Source: Candidatus Woesearchaeota archaeon
Lineage (GTDB): Archaea > Nanobdellota > Nanobdellia > SCGC-AAA011-G17 > PNOQ01
Reading direction: 5' to 3'
DNA length: 45,843 nt
Assembly (NCBI GenBank): GCA_964393215.1
Contig: CAYMSW010000003.1
Location: forward strand, 1-45,843
Shown: piece after piece, positions 18,945 to 27,517 of the stretch
Layout: each line of letters begins with the position of its first letter
Position numbering within the stretch: position 1 is the first letter of the stretch
Made by a program: the position numbers and the translations under genes
The notes under the pieces: model-generated
Seen by the model: only the letters and a program-made list of their open reading frames with translations
Told to the model about the DNA's origin: nothing
The model's database searches: none

Positions 18945-18988
18945 ATAAACCAAAGATTGAATTTCAGTTTCGGGCACCCGCCCCAAAT

Positions 18989-20023
18989 TTAAATGAATAA
19001 CACGCCGATCCCGCAACCATCCTGCTTCCAGTTTTGAACGAATTCCATATGTTTATACTTCTGTTTGATCTCTTTCCAAAATTTCGGAACACCACCGGCC
19101 CAACTGCCGGTCGCAACCCCGTATCTTGTCTCGTTATCTTCAACGATGTCATGGAAGGCGATGACCCCCCCTTTATTGAGGAGACCAGAATAATTCTCGA
19201 AGTCGGTTCTAATTCCGTCATAGGAATGATCGCCATCCAGAAAAAGAAAATCGATGCCTTCGGGAAACGCTTTTCGGATCCTGTTGATAGTGGCAGCTTG
19301 GGTGGAATCCCCCTCAATCAATGATACCCGCTGATCCTTTCTAGCGAACGACTTTAACAAAGGTTTCCGTCTAATTCTTAAATCGACACTCACAAGCTGA
19401 GCTGATGGATCCGCCACTTTGCTGAAAAGGTAGAGGGTTCCTCCTTTGAGGGTACCGATTTCCAATACTTGTTTTGGCCTTAATTTTCCCAACAGCCCTA
19501 AAAGTCCCATAATTTCTTTAAAAATTTGAGATGGTTGAAACGGGCTCACATCAGCAAGTTGGATATAATTTTTCATTTTATTAAGGCAAAAGGTTTCTGC
19601 AAAAACCAACAGAGCGGAACGTGATGTGAAAAATTCTATCGTTCGGATCAAACTTTGCTTGACAGGTAATCCGGAGTGAATCCTTCTGGGTATCCCAAGA
19701 TTCGGATGTGTGGATGGATATGGACGATCGAATGTTAGTTCTTTTTTCCGCACTTTGTGGATGACCCCGTTTAACTGTCTCTCAAAATAATCCGAATCGA
19801 CAAACGTCAATAGACCTTTATCTACTACGCGTGCACACGCTGTCTGGATCATACCGTACTGAACGCCCAATTCCACGATAGCCTCTATCCGGGCTGGCAA
19901 ACGATCATCTCCCTGCCAGTCAAAATACTTCAAATCTGCCTTGTTCAGTCGTTTGAGTGCGTTAGATAAGAGACAGGGGCGTTGAAAAGGAAGTTCCCAT
20001 AATTTGTAGATTTTTTTTTCCAT
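18989..20023 (-). CDS. Class I SAM-dependent methyltransferase (Methyltransf_24-like) with an unassigned roughly 150-aa N-terminal domain
   Basis: Motifs: VLEIGTLKGGTLYLF and DFLFLDGDHSYDGIRTDFENYSGLLNKGGVIAFHDI. ATG start with AGGGGA about 9 nt upstream. An A9 tract occupies codons 2-5. Confidence 0.75.
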   Translation of the reverse strand: MEKKIYKLWELPFQRPCLLSNALKRLNKADLKYFDWQGDDRLPARIEAIVELGVQYGMIQTACARVVDKGLLTFVDSDYFERQLNGVIHKVRKKELTFDRPYPSTHPNLGIPRRIHSGLPVKQSLIRTIEFFTSRSALLVFAETFCLNKMKNYIQLADVSPFQPSQIFKEIMGLLGLLGKLRPKQVLEIGTLKGGTLYLFSKVADPSAQLVSVDLRIRRKPLLKSFARKDQRVSLIEGDSTQAATINRIRKAFPEGIDFLFLDGDHSYDGIRTDFENYSGLLNKGGVIAFHDIVEDNETRYGVATGSWAGGVPKFWKEIKQKYKHMEFVQNWKQDGCGIGVLFI

Positions 20024-20063
20024 AAGGTGTATCCCCTACAGGGATTATATTCTGTAATTTGGT

Positions 20064-21104
20064 CTATTGAATAGTCCGAGATCTATGTTTTTTTTGAGGT
20101 AACTGGTGCCATAGAATACTTAACAGCATCCGGACAACATCTTGAAAGGGCGGATGGTATCCGTATCGGATCGATGATTTCATGTAATAATTCCATATTC
20201 TAAAACCAAATGGCGTCGAATTTGTGCACAGTTGGAACCAAACCATCCCGACTGCGGTTGAAAACACTGCGCGGCTAAAAACACCTTTTTGATCATTGAC
20301 ATCCGAAAGGTATGTCAGCCATGCGTGCGCCCTTTCTAATTCGTCCCAACGCTTCAATCTGTATCCCCTTCCAACAACATGGTGGAATAACAGTTGGTTG
20401 CGTGTCGGCTTTATTCCTAATTTCAAAAGCTGACGTCCAAGAATTTTTTCCGTCTGTTCAGTCATACGAACATTCGCCTGATTCGTTATACTGTCGGGAT
20501 GATGCCGCATCAATACCAAGGGTTGTGGAATATTGTCGATGGGGAAAAAACCATTGCTTCGAGACCAAAGGTCATAATCTTCGGTGCGACTATAAGCAGG
20601 ATCGTACTTTAAGCTGTTTTCAACCAATGCTTTCGAACGTAAAATTACACTTGGATGGGCCAGGGGATTGTCAAACACAAGGAAACAACCGACGACCGAA
20701 GGGCCCACCGGTTTTCGTGTCACCACAAACGGTTGATCTCCGAATAGACGAACCCATGTTCCTGAAATTCCGATAGTGGGATTCGCATCCATGAATTCAA
20801 CTTGCCGTTTAATCCTGCACGACCGGCTAATATCATCCGCATCCATTCGGATGATATATTCCCCTTTTGCAGCTCCAAGGCCGATATTCAGAGTACAAGA
20901 TACTCCAAGGTTTTTCTTGTTTTTCACCAGTACAATGCGATCATCGGAGTTTGCTCTTATGATGTTGATACTATCATCCGTAGAACCGTCATCTATTATT
21001 AAAAATTCGAAATCATCAAAGGTTTGGGATAAAATACTATCGATGGCAGTTTTCATGAAACGCCCGGCATTGTAAACGGGCATGAGAACCGATACTTTAG
21101 GCAT
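20064..21104 (-). CDS. Family-2 glycosyltransferase
   Basis: The track ORF starts at ATG 21116, an 11-nt overlap. ATG 21104..21102 gives MPKVSVLMPVYNAG..., the same N-terminus style as the GT2 at 1..626. Motifs: SILSQTFDDFEFLIIDDGSTDDS and IIRMDADDIS. Confidence 0.85.
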   Translation of the reverse strand: MPKVSVLMPVYNAGRFMKTAIDSILSQTFDDFEFLIIDDGSTDDSINIIRANSDDRIVLVKNKKNLGVSCTLNIGLGAAKGEYIIRMDADDISRSCRIKRQVEFMDANPTIGISGTWVRLFGDQPFVVTRKPVGPSVVGCFLVFDNPLAHPSVILRSKALVENSLKYDPAYSRTEDYDLWSRSNGFFPIDNIPQPLVLMRHHPDSITNQANVRMTEQTEKILGRQLLKLGIKPTRNQLLFHHVVGRGYRLKRWDELERAHAWLTYLSDVNDQKGVFSRAVFSTAVGMVWFQLCTNSTPFGFRIWNYYMKSSIRYGYHPPFQDVVRMLLSILWHQLPQKKHRSRTIQ

Positions 21105-21105
21105 T

Positions 21106-22080
21106 CTATTCCGCATCCCTCAACAACTCAATACAGGTATCTGATAGGTGTTCTGCATATACCGCGTAGGTAAGTTCCCTCGCCTTCAGTGCTACATTTG
21201 CTTCCATTTTTTTAACAAGTGCATCATTTTCAATCAATCTAAGAATAGCCTTACGATAGCCTTCTGAATCGTATGGTTTCACAAGCAAACCTTCATGGCC
21301 GTGAGCTACATAATCGTCTACACAGGCTTGCGAGGTGGTTATGACCGCCTTGCCGCATCGAAAAGCCTGGGCAATGGTTGTGTGACCATGCGGGAACAGA
21401 CCTTTTTTCAATGGAAGAATAACAAATCGAGATTTTCTCATCATCTCTATAAATTTATCCAAGGACATCCTGCCAAAAATTCGGCAATTGTCGGGAACCT
21501 CACACCGGTCGTACAGAATTTGTGGCTCGAAAGTCACAATCCTTAATTCAATGTCAATTCCTTTAATGGCATCTACAATGGATGGGAAATCCCTTTCCGC
21601 CCCTCCTCCCGAGAAAATGTAATTTTGGTTCTCAACTGAATCTACGTCCTCAAAATTGCCATCTGCGGGTAGCAGAATGAATTTGAATCTATTTCTCAAG
21701 TGAGGCGAAAAAACAGTTATTTCATCTTTGCTATTGACGATCATACAATCAATACATTTTAATAAGCTGATGGTCATGACCCCCGGTTGATTGATTACCA
21801 CAATCTTGGTAAACGGCATCAGACCGATCTTCTTTAAGAGTAGAAACAGAAAAACAATCGAAGGCACCGATGCCAGTAAAAGCAATTTAGGACGATGGAT
21901 GCAATAACCGATCAACGCACAGAAGAAAATAAACGGGATATTTATCGGGTGTTGACTGTGACCATAAATCTGTTTTACATAGATGCGATTCGGAAACAGG
22001 GCACATTCGTTGGAAGCCCAGAAGCTCTTGCGTACAGCGACAACAAGTATTTTTTTTCTAAAAAAAAGATCGTCATGCAT
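21106..22080 (-). CDS. GT-B fold glycosyltransferase-like protein (Glycos_transf_1-type C-terminal half; hydrophobic N-terminal part)
   Basis: 324 aa. C-terminal half: FVILPLKKGLFPHGHTTIAQAFRCGKAVITT...VAHGHEGLLVKPYDSEGYRKAI. The N-terminal roughly 100 aa contain two hydrophobic helices. ATG start. Confidence 0.6.
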   Translation of the reverse strand: MHDDLFFRKKILVVAVRKSFWASNECALFPNRIYVKQIYGHSQHPINIPFIFFCALIGYCIHRPKLLLLASVPSIVFLFLLLKKIGLMPFTKIVVINQPGVMTISLLKCIDCMIVNSKDEITVFSPHLRNRFKFILLPADGNFEDVDSVENQNYIFSGGGAERDFPSIVDAIKGIDIELRIVTFEPQILYDRCEVPDNCRIFGRMSLDKFIEMMRKSRFVILPLKKGLFPHGHTTIAQAFRCGKAVITTSQACVDDYVAHGHEGLLVKPYDSEGYRKAILRLIENDALVKKMEANVALKARELTYAVYAEHLSDTCIELLRDAE

Positions 22081-22157
22081 TGAACAACACCGTCGTAGAT
22101 TCTATTCGACCATTCATACTTCAATACAAATCCATGGTGACTATCCTTATATACATA

Positions 22158-23279
22158 TTATGCCAGCACATGTCTGAAAATCTCTCGATGTCGATCCAAC
22201 CAGTATCGAACATCCAGGTTTTCAACCGCCCTCTTTCTGGCACAATCGGCAAATATCGGATAATTCTCTGCAATCCTAAGTACCGATTCAGCCAAATCCT
22301 GTGGGGCGGGTGGATGATCTTTTTCCCAGTCCAAAGGGGCCGGAACGCCAATGCCAGCTGATTTTCCAACCAATTCAGGAACCCCGCCGCTATCAGAAAA
22401 AACCACGGGTAACCCACAGGACAAAGCTTCCACTACAACCCTCGGGCAAGAGTCGTTGTACATCGTATGAAGCAATATATGAGAATTTTGCATCATATCC
22501 ACCGCTTGTTCCTGGGAGTATTCTGCCTCAAACACAATATGTTTCGACACATTCAAAGCGGCAGCCAAATGAGTTGCCTCGTTCAGGGCGTTTGTATGAG
22601 AATCTCTCCACATATACCGCCCAGCTATTGTCAAAACTGCATCCGGCAAATATTTCAGAACGTGCCGCATCATCTCGATGGCGGCTTTGATACGATAGAA
22701 TTTGTGGTGACTTCCGGCTAAGAGGATGTGAAATCCATCAGGTTTTTTCGACGCAGGAATAAATACTCGCGTATCAACAGGATTGTTGAGTATCGAGTAA
22801 GGTTTTTTGGGAAGCCCTAAATAACGATCTGCAGACAATTTACAGAATCGGCTTTGATATATGATATGGTCTGATAGATGGATGAGGGTTTTCATGATCA
22901 GGTTTGATTTTTCCCATCCAGGTCCATGCCAACCGGGATAGGCAACACCATTCTGATTCCATACCAGCATTGCACCGTTTTTTTTTGCATATCGAACCAT
23001 GATTATGGGAGCCGGCGGCAATGCACTGCTGATAAGGTATAAAATATTAGCGCCGTTAGGCTGATTGGGATAAATCCGATGCAGGTCTTGGCATTTAACG
23101 ATACCACCGGATGTGTTCTCGGATCGTGTAGGTATATGATTGCGACCGTAATATAGCTGGCACACCTGCTTATATTCTGACGGTTGGTGCCAACGTTTGC
23201 TCTCAACAATATGAGATTTCATCCAGATATAGGCATTATATAGTAGTCTTTTAATATCATCCATTTGAGGACACTGCAT
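22158..23279 (-). CDS. GT4-type (GT-B) glycosyltransferase
   Basis: The track start is TTG 23282; ATG is the next codon (23279..23277). Motif: NDSCPRVVVEALSCGLPVVFSDSGGVPELVGKSAGIGV. Confidence 0.8.
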   Translation of the reverse strand: MQCPQMDDIKRLLYNAYIWMKSHIVESKRWHQPSEYKQVCQLYYGRNHIPTRSENTSGGIVKCQDLHRIYPNQPNGANILYLISSALPPAPIIMVRYAKKNGAMLVWNQNGVAYPGWHGPGWEKSNLIMKTLIHLSDHIIYQSRFCKLSADRYLGLPKKPYSILNNPVDTRVFIPASKKPDGFHILLAGSHHKFYRIKAAIEMMRHVLKYLPDAVLTIAGRYMWRDSHTNALNEATHLAAALNVSKHIVFEAEYSQEQAVDMMQNSHILLHTMYNDSCPRVVVEALSCGLPVVFSDSGGVPELVGKSAGIGVPAPLDWEKDHPPAPQDLAESVLRIAENYPIFADCARKRAVENLDVRYWLDRHREIFRHVLA

Positions 23280-23290
23280 CAAGGCACTTT

Positions 23291-24031
23291 CTATCGCGCG
23301 GGAATAACCTCTGCCCAGATTTCACCCCACTTGATTTCTTTGTGATTGATAACACAACCGGCATTCACCATTTCCCGTTCGAAGCTTTCTTCCGTGTATT
23401 CAGTATGGTGGGTTGGATCGCTGAAATACGGCAATCCCAATTCTTTTTTAAAAGGAACACTCCAGTCTCGATTGACCATTGGGACCCGGATCAGCATGCG
23501 TTTTGGGTGATAAGTTTTCAGCAATGCTTGGAGTAATCTCTTGCGCCGTTCTATATGCTCAAGCACATTGGATAGAACAATTGTTCTAAAGGGACGATCC
23601 GGTAGCCTTTGGGTGATATCCCCTTCTATAAATTCCAGATTCTGATGCTGAAATTTTTTTCGGGCAAGCCTGATATTTTGTCCGTTGACATCGATTCCTG
23701 TCACCATAGCTCCTGAGGCGGCTAGGCTGTGGGAAACGGCTCCGGTTCCGCAACCCACATCCAGAACCTTTTCATGGTGAACAAGGCGTTCCGTGAAAAA
23801 AAAATGGTATTCCGTTAATCGATGTTTTGGATGGATCCCACCATCATAATTGATGGCGGCTTGATCGATAAACCATCCGAGTCGATTCGAAACCCTCAGC
23901 AAAGAGCGACTGCCTTTTTCTGGTTTCTCTTTTGCTGTCGCAGCAAAAAGGGTGGTGCATATCAATTCTCGAATTTTTTCGGGAATAATACTTGCACCAA
24001 ATACGGCAAACCGCCACACGTAATCTTTCAT
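23291..24031 (-). CDS. Class I SAM-dependent methyltransferase
   Basis: Motifs: VLDVGCGTGAVSHSLAASGAMVTGIDV, FIEGDI, IVLSNVLEHIERR. ATG start. A 151-nt intergenic region lies upstream. Confidence 0.8.
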   Translation of the reverse strand: MKDYVWRFAVFGASIIPEKIRELICTTLFAATAKEKPEKGSRSLLRVSNRLGWFIDQAAINYDGGIHPKHRLTEYHFFFTERLVHHEKVLDVGCGTGAVSHSLAASGAMVTGIDVNGQNIRLARKKFQHQNLEFIEGDITQRLPDRPFRTIVLSNVLEHIERRKRLLQALLKTYHPKRMLIRVPMVNRDWSVPFKKELGLPYFSDPTHHTEYTEESFEREMVNAGCVINHKEIKWGEIWAEVIPAR

Positions 24032-24052
24032 TAAAACACCATAGTTATTCTT

Positions 24053-24082
24053 GTTATACCTGTGCCATCAATTGATGGTCAA
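24053..24082 (-). promoter_or_regulatory. Candidate sigma70-type promoter (TTGACC-N18-TATAAC on the minus strand) overlapped by a perfect 14-bp palindrome
   Basis: -35 is rc of 24077..24082 (TTGACC). -10 is rc of 24053..24058 (TATAAC). The palindrome CCATCAATTGATGG at 24065..24078 covers the spacer and the -35 edge. It lies in the 151-nt gap upstream of methyltransferase gene 23291..24031. This is pattern matching only. Confidence 0.3.
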
Positions 24083-24182
24083 ATCGTACGGTATCTTTTC
24101 ACGAAAACTCGAACAATAATTGTAATTCCTGGAAATTCACCGATACCTGCTAAATCGGAGGGGATTGTTCAGGGAGATACAC

Positions 24183-25283
24183 TTATAAAAGACTTTCAAT
24201 AAACTCAAGGTGTTCTCGCGCGACGACAGGAGTGGCGTAATATTTCTCAACAACGCTGCGGGCACCGGCTTGTTCGCGTGCCCAATCAAAATCATGCCCT
24301 TTTATCTCCTCAAACGCTTCGAACCATTCATCCGCCTTTCGACAAATTCGGATCCCAAGGCCTTTGGCGCGTTTTGCAACATCCATATAGCTCGGTTGTT
24401 CACTGCAAAGGGTTATTCTCCCCTGGGCCATAGCAAGTGAAATCTTCCACTCCGTATGTCCCAAGTTATATGTATTATCAAGAAAACGCGGCGAAATGGC
24501 CACGCCACCTTTTCGATATTCTTTCACCAGGTTTTCGACCGAGGAAAAAGGTATTACCTCATGGGAAATGTTGCCGAGGAGTTTTGAAAACAACTCTCGA
24601 TAGGGTGCATACCACCGGGAGATGGATGCAAAAGAATTTGTGATCAGGACCAAATGAATATCGGCCGACAATTCGAGCAGTATTCTTTCAATTTTCATCA
24701 GTTCAAATGCTTTTATCGATTCACCACTCCATAATAAACGTAATTGCTTTTTCGCGTCTGGCTTCCATCCATTTTCTGTAGCAATCAAATTCGTGTTGAC
24801 ATTATCAGGTATCCAGGCCACCTTTTGATGATACGTCGACGCAATATTAGCAAGATAGCGAGAGTCAGCAATCACTGCATCGCAAATTTGGACCATGGAG
24901 AGTGCCGCCTGATGCTGTATGGCAGATGGTCTCATCCCCTCATAGTAAAACCTTCCCGATGGAGGTGTCAGATAATCGGCATTCAAATCGAATACCGTTT
25001 TGACACCGCGGGATCTCAGCTTCTCGGCCAATCGCAGACACAGGTCGTTCATTGATTTTAGGAAAATTACAACGGCATAACGACGCCAGGGCCGGTAAAG
25101 TTCGTATCGTACGCTTTTTGACAAGTTTTTGTTTATCTCTGCCGCAAGCCAGTTGAAACGCATCAATGCGATAGAGGTCCCGCTCGACCAACCGCTTAAC
25201 AGTGAGAATGGGGTGCACCGCCTTTCAATGCATTCCTTAATTGATGGTAGGCAGCTATCGATAATGAACCCGACATAACGCAT
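24183..25283 (-). CDS. Hypothetical protein, possibly a divergent GT-B glycosyltransferase
   Basis: 366 aa with no firm motif. The layout resembles GT-B: LRLLWSGESIKAFEL...HLVLITNS...GGVAISPRF...GHTEWKISLAMAQGRITLCS. ATG start 5 nt after the upstream stop. Confidence 0.4.
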   Translation of the reverse strand: MRYVGFIIDSCLPSIKECIERRCTPFSLLSGWSSGTSIALMRFNWLAAEINKNLSKSVRYELYRPWRRYAVVIFLKSMNDLCLRLAEKLRSRGVKTVFDLNADYLTPPSGRFYYEGMRPSAIQHQAALSMVQICDAVIADSRYLANIASTYHQKVAWIPDNVNTNLIATENGWKPDAKKQLRLLWSGESIKAFELMKIERILLELSADIHLVLITNSFASISRWYAPYRELFSKLLGNISHEVIPFSSVENLVKEYRKGGVAISPRFLDNTYNLGHTEWKISLAMAQGRITLCSEQPSYMDVAKRAKGLGIRICRKADEWFEAFEEIKGHDFDWAREQAGARSVVEKYYATPVVAREHLEFIESLL

Positions 25284-25288
25284 CGTAA

Positions 25289-26308
25289 TTATTTCGGCAC
25301 CTGTTTCCCTGTATTTTCGGATCCGGAAAGCAACTGATAAATGATACGGATATAATCGCTGGCCATCCGGTCTCCGCTTGGCATGTTAACGATTACCTTT
25401 CTCTTTAATTCTGAATAGTTTTTCCGGGCTTTTTCAAGTATCTTTTCTAAATTATCCCTAAAAAGAAGTCCATATTTTTCAGCAGCTTCAACGATCCCCC
25501 CCCCATCTGCATGACTGATCAAAGGTAAACCGCATTGGGCCCCCTCCACATGGTGCATCCCGCATGGTTCCCATAAGCTTGCTGTAATATAGAGGTGGCA
25601 TTGCCTTAACAGTTTTGCTAGGTTATGTCCGCTTTTCGGGCCGATCGCTTTGGCACTGCGCCATTGAATTTCCTTCGGCCAGCGTCCAATTATCCAAAAC
25701 TCGAAGCCAGTTATATCTCCATCTGCAATCATATCATCCAGCAATTGATAAACTGGGAACCCTTTCATGGGGTTGTCGGACCAGTGGTGTGTGACGATGC
25801 GCATGGGTTTTCCATCTATATACTTATGGCCTTGGACAGGATGAAAATGAGTCGGACTCGCACCGTTGTAAATCACTGAGTGGGGTTTTTTAAGGTCAAA
25901 CCATTTGTTCGCGAAATAATTTTGGAGCCATCTGGAAATAAACACCGTGTAATCACAAGAATCATTTGCTTTTTTGAGGGCCTCATCCATAAAAATGGTA
26001 TCTTTTCTTTTGTCGCACTCGTTGATCCGATGAATAATTTTTACTTTGGGGTTAAAACGCTGGTAAGCGATGATCTCATCCATACCAAAGGCTTTGTTGA
26101 GTAAATCCTCCCGCGGATCGATAACAAGAATAACATTTATATCTTTTTTCAGTTTGAAAGTAACCTTGAATCCGCAACGCTTCAGGGCCGCCATCAGTTG
26201 CCAGACAAAAACACTACTGCCGCCCCATGCGCCTGCTGTGGGCCTCATATTGATCGCAACCGTCCCGACCGGCCCGTAAAAAATCTGATTAAGAAACTTC
26301 ATTTCCAT
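25289..26308 (-). CDS. GT-B fold glycosyltransferase (GT4-like)
   Basis: Contains the EX7E motif EPCGMHHVE within ASLWEPCGMHHVEGAQCGLPLISHADGGGIVEAAEKYG. ATG start. Confidence 0.75.
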   Translation of the reverse strand: MEMKFLNQIFYGPVGTVAINMRPTAGAWGGSSVFVWQLMAALKRCGFKVTFKLKKDINVILVIDPREDLLNKAFGMDEIIAYQRFNPKVKIIHRINECDKRKDTIFMDEALKKANDSCDYTVFISRWLQNYFANKWFDLKKPHSVIYNGASPTHFHPVQGHKYIDGKPMRIVTHHWSDNPMKGFPVYQLLDDMIADGDITGFEFWIIGRWPKEIQWRSAKAIGPKSGHNLAKLLRQCHLYITASLWEPCGMHHVEGAQCGLPLISHADGGGIVEAAEKYGLLFRDNLEKILEKARKNYSELKRKVIVNMPSGDRMASDYIRIIYQLLSGSENTGKQVPK

Positions 26309-26331
26309 TAGTATTCTTTCTATTATTAGAC

Positions 26332-26382
26332 CCTTAATTCCTGGTCTCAGTTTCCGATTACAAATGTGACCCGTAATTAAGG
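26332..26382. repeat. Imperfect inverted repeat: 15-nt arms with 13 of 15 pairing, 21-nt spacer, in an intergenic gap
   Basis: CCTTAATTCCTGGTC (26332..26346) pairs with GACCCGTAATTAAGG (26368..26382); mismatches are at 26340/26374 and 26342/26372. It lies in the 166-nt gap between the GT11-like gene stop (26475) and the GT4-like gene start (26308). Confidence 0.4.
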
Positions 26383-26474
26383 CTGTATGTGTTTGCGTCT
26401 TCGAAATGATGGATCAATAGCATTTTCTCAAGGATCTACATAATACCCTTCATAATCAGAAATAGTGGATTTGA

Positions 26475-27467
26475 TTATTTAACCGATATTCGAAAATGCT
26501 CATGTTTTCGTGCATCGAAAATATGGTTTTGAATAAGTTGTTTCTTACTAATCGTTTGATGTTTGTCATACAGGGGAAAAATCGGTTTGTCCCCAAGAAA
26601 AGCTGCCAACGCCGAGAATGTGCTTGGAGGAGAAGCAATGACGTCACACATCGACAATTCAATCATGTTCTCCATGAAGTGCCCTGTCCCCGTAGCATAA
26701 CCTGTCCCAAATTGCACATCCAAATCCCCAAATGCTTCTTCCCGCTGGGATTCGTCGGAAGCGACAAGGAATTTGACATTTCGGTGTTTATAAATCTCTT
26801 TGATTTGATTTAAAAATCCGACATATTCCTCCGTGCTAAAAAAATATCTTCCTCCTCTCCAACCTCGATAATCGTCCTGTCGAATTAGGACACCCACAAG
26901 AAAATCGCCGTTAGATCGAATTCTGCGCAAATGGGTTTCGGCAATTTTTTTATACTTCTCAAGGGGTTGAAAGAAAGGGCGCACGTAATCACAGTTTTTT
27001 TCTAAAGCTTGCCAAGCTTCAACCCGCCACCCCCCAAGCAGCGTACACCTTTTGCTGGATATTTTTTCAAATATTTTAGAATCTTCCAACTGTATAATCT
27101 TAGTTACCAAATCCCTGTTTCTGACAACTTTTTCAGAAGTGATCGATTGGGCACCGGGTATCAGGTTAGCCAACCGGTGCATCCGGTGGTGAAAATTTCG
27201 AATTCGGCCATGTTCAACCTTCAGGTTATCCATCAGGGCAGGTATCCATTGGTACCGCATATTTGTATTTGCAGCATTTGGGTATTGGCACAATGGATGA
27301 TGAGACCAGTGTTGAAAAAGGTTGGCGTATCGCCAAAAGTTAACGTTTATAAGTTGAAAATTGTCATGGTTTTCATGTATCCATGAAATAAGGTGCATAA
27401 ACCGAAGTATTTGGTTTCCGAGCCGTCCACCACTCAGCATGTATATTACGGTTGGTATCGATGCCAT
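26475..27467 (-). CDS. GT11-like (alpha-1,2-fucosyltransferase fold) glycosyltransferase with a divergent HxRRxD motif
   Basis: Motif I-like SGGRLGNQILRFMHL (compare GGLGNQMFQYA). Motif II position reads VGVLIRQDDY instead of VHIRRGDY. Motif III-like is FLVASDESQ. Motif IV-like is MIELSMCDVIASPPSTFSALAAFLG (compare IIANSTYSWWAAYL). ATG start. Confidence 0.6.
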   Translation of the reverse strand: MASIPTVIYMLSGGRLGNQILRFMHLISWIHENHDNFQLINVNFWRYANLFQHWSHHPLCQYPNAANTNMRYQWIPALMDNLKVEHGRIRNFHHRMHRLANLIPGAQSITSEKVVRNRDLVTKIIQLEDSKIFEKISSKRCTLLGGWRVEAWQALEKNCDYVRPFFQPLEKYKKIAETHLRRIRSNGDFLVGVLIRQDDYRGWRGGRYFFSTEEYVGFLNQIKEIYKHRNVKFLVASDESQREEAFGDLDVQFGTGYATGTGHFMENMIELSMCDVIASPPSTFSALAAFLGDKPIFPLYDKHQTISKKQLIQNHIFDARKHEHFRISVK

Positions 27468-27517
27468 TTAAAATTTTCCCGCTCCGATTATGATGGTTGT
27501 TGTGGTTTGGAAGGCTT

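Noticed and set aside
17714-18988. RiPP gene cluster interpretation of the first SPASM radical SAM gene
   Set aside because: The only small ORF in the adjacent 87-nt gap is a 14-codon frame (MKLRSVCLEPYLEK) with no RBS, running into the radical SAM start. No protease, leader-peptide-binding (RRE) domain or exporter gene is nearby, and all neighbours are glycan enzymes.
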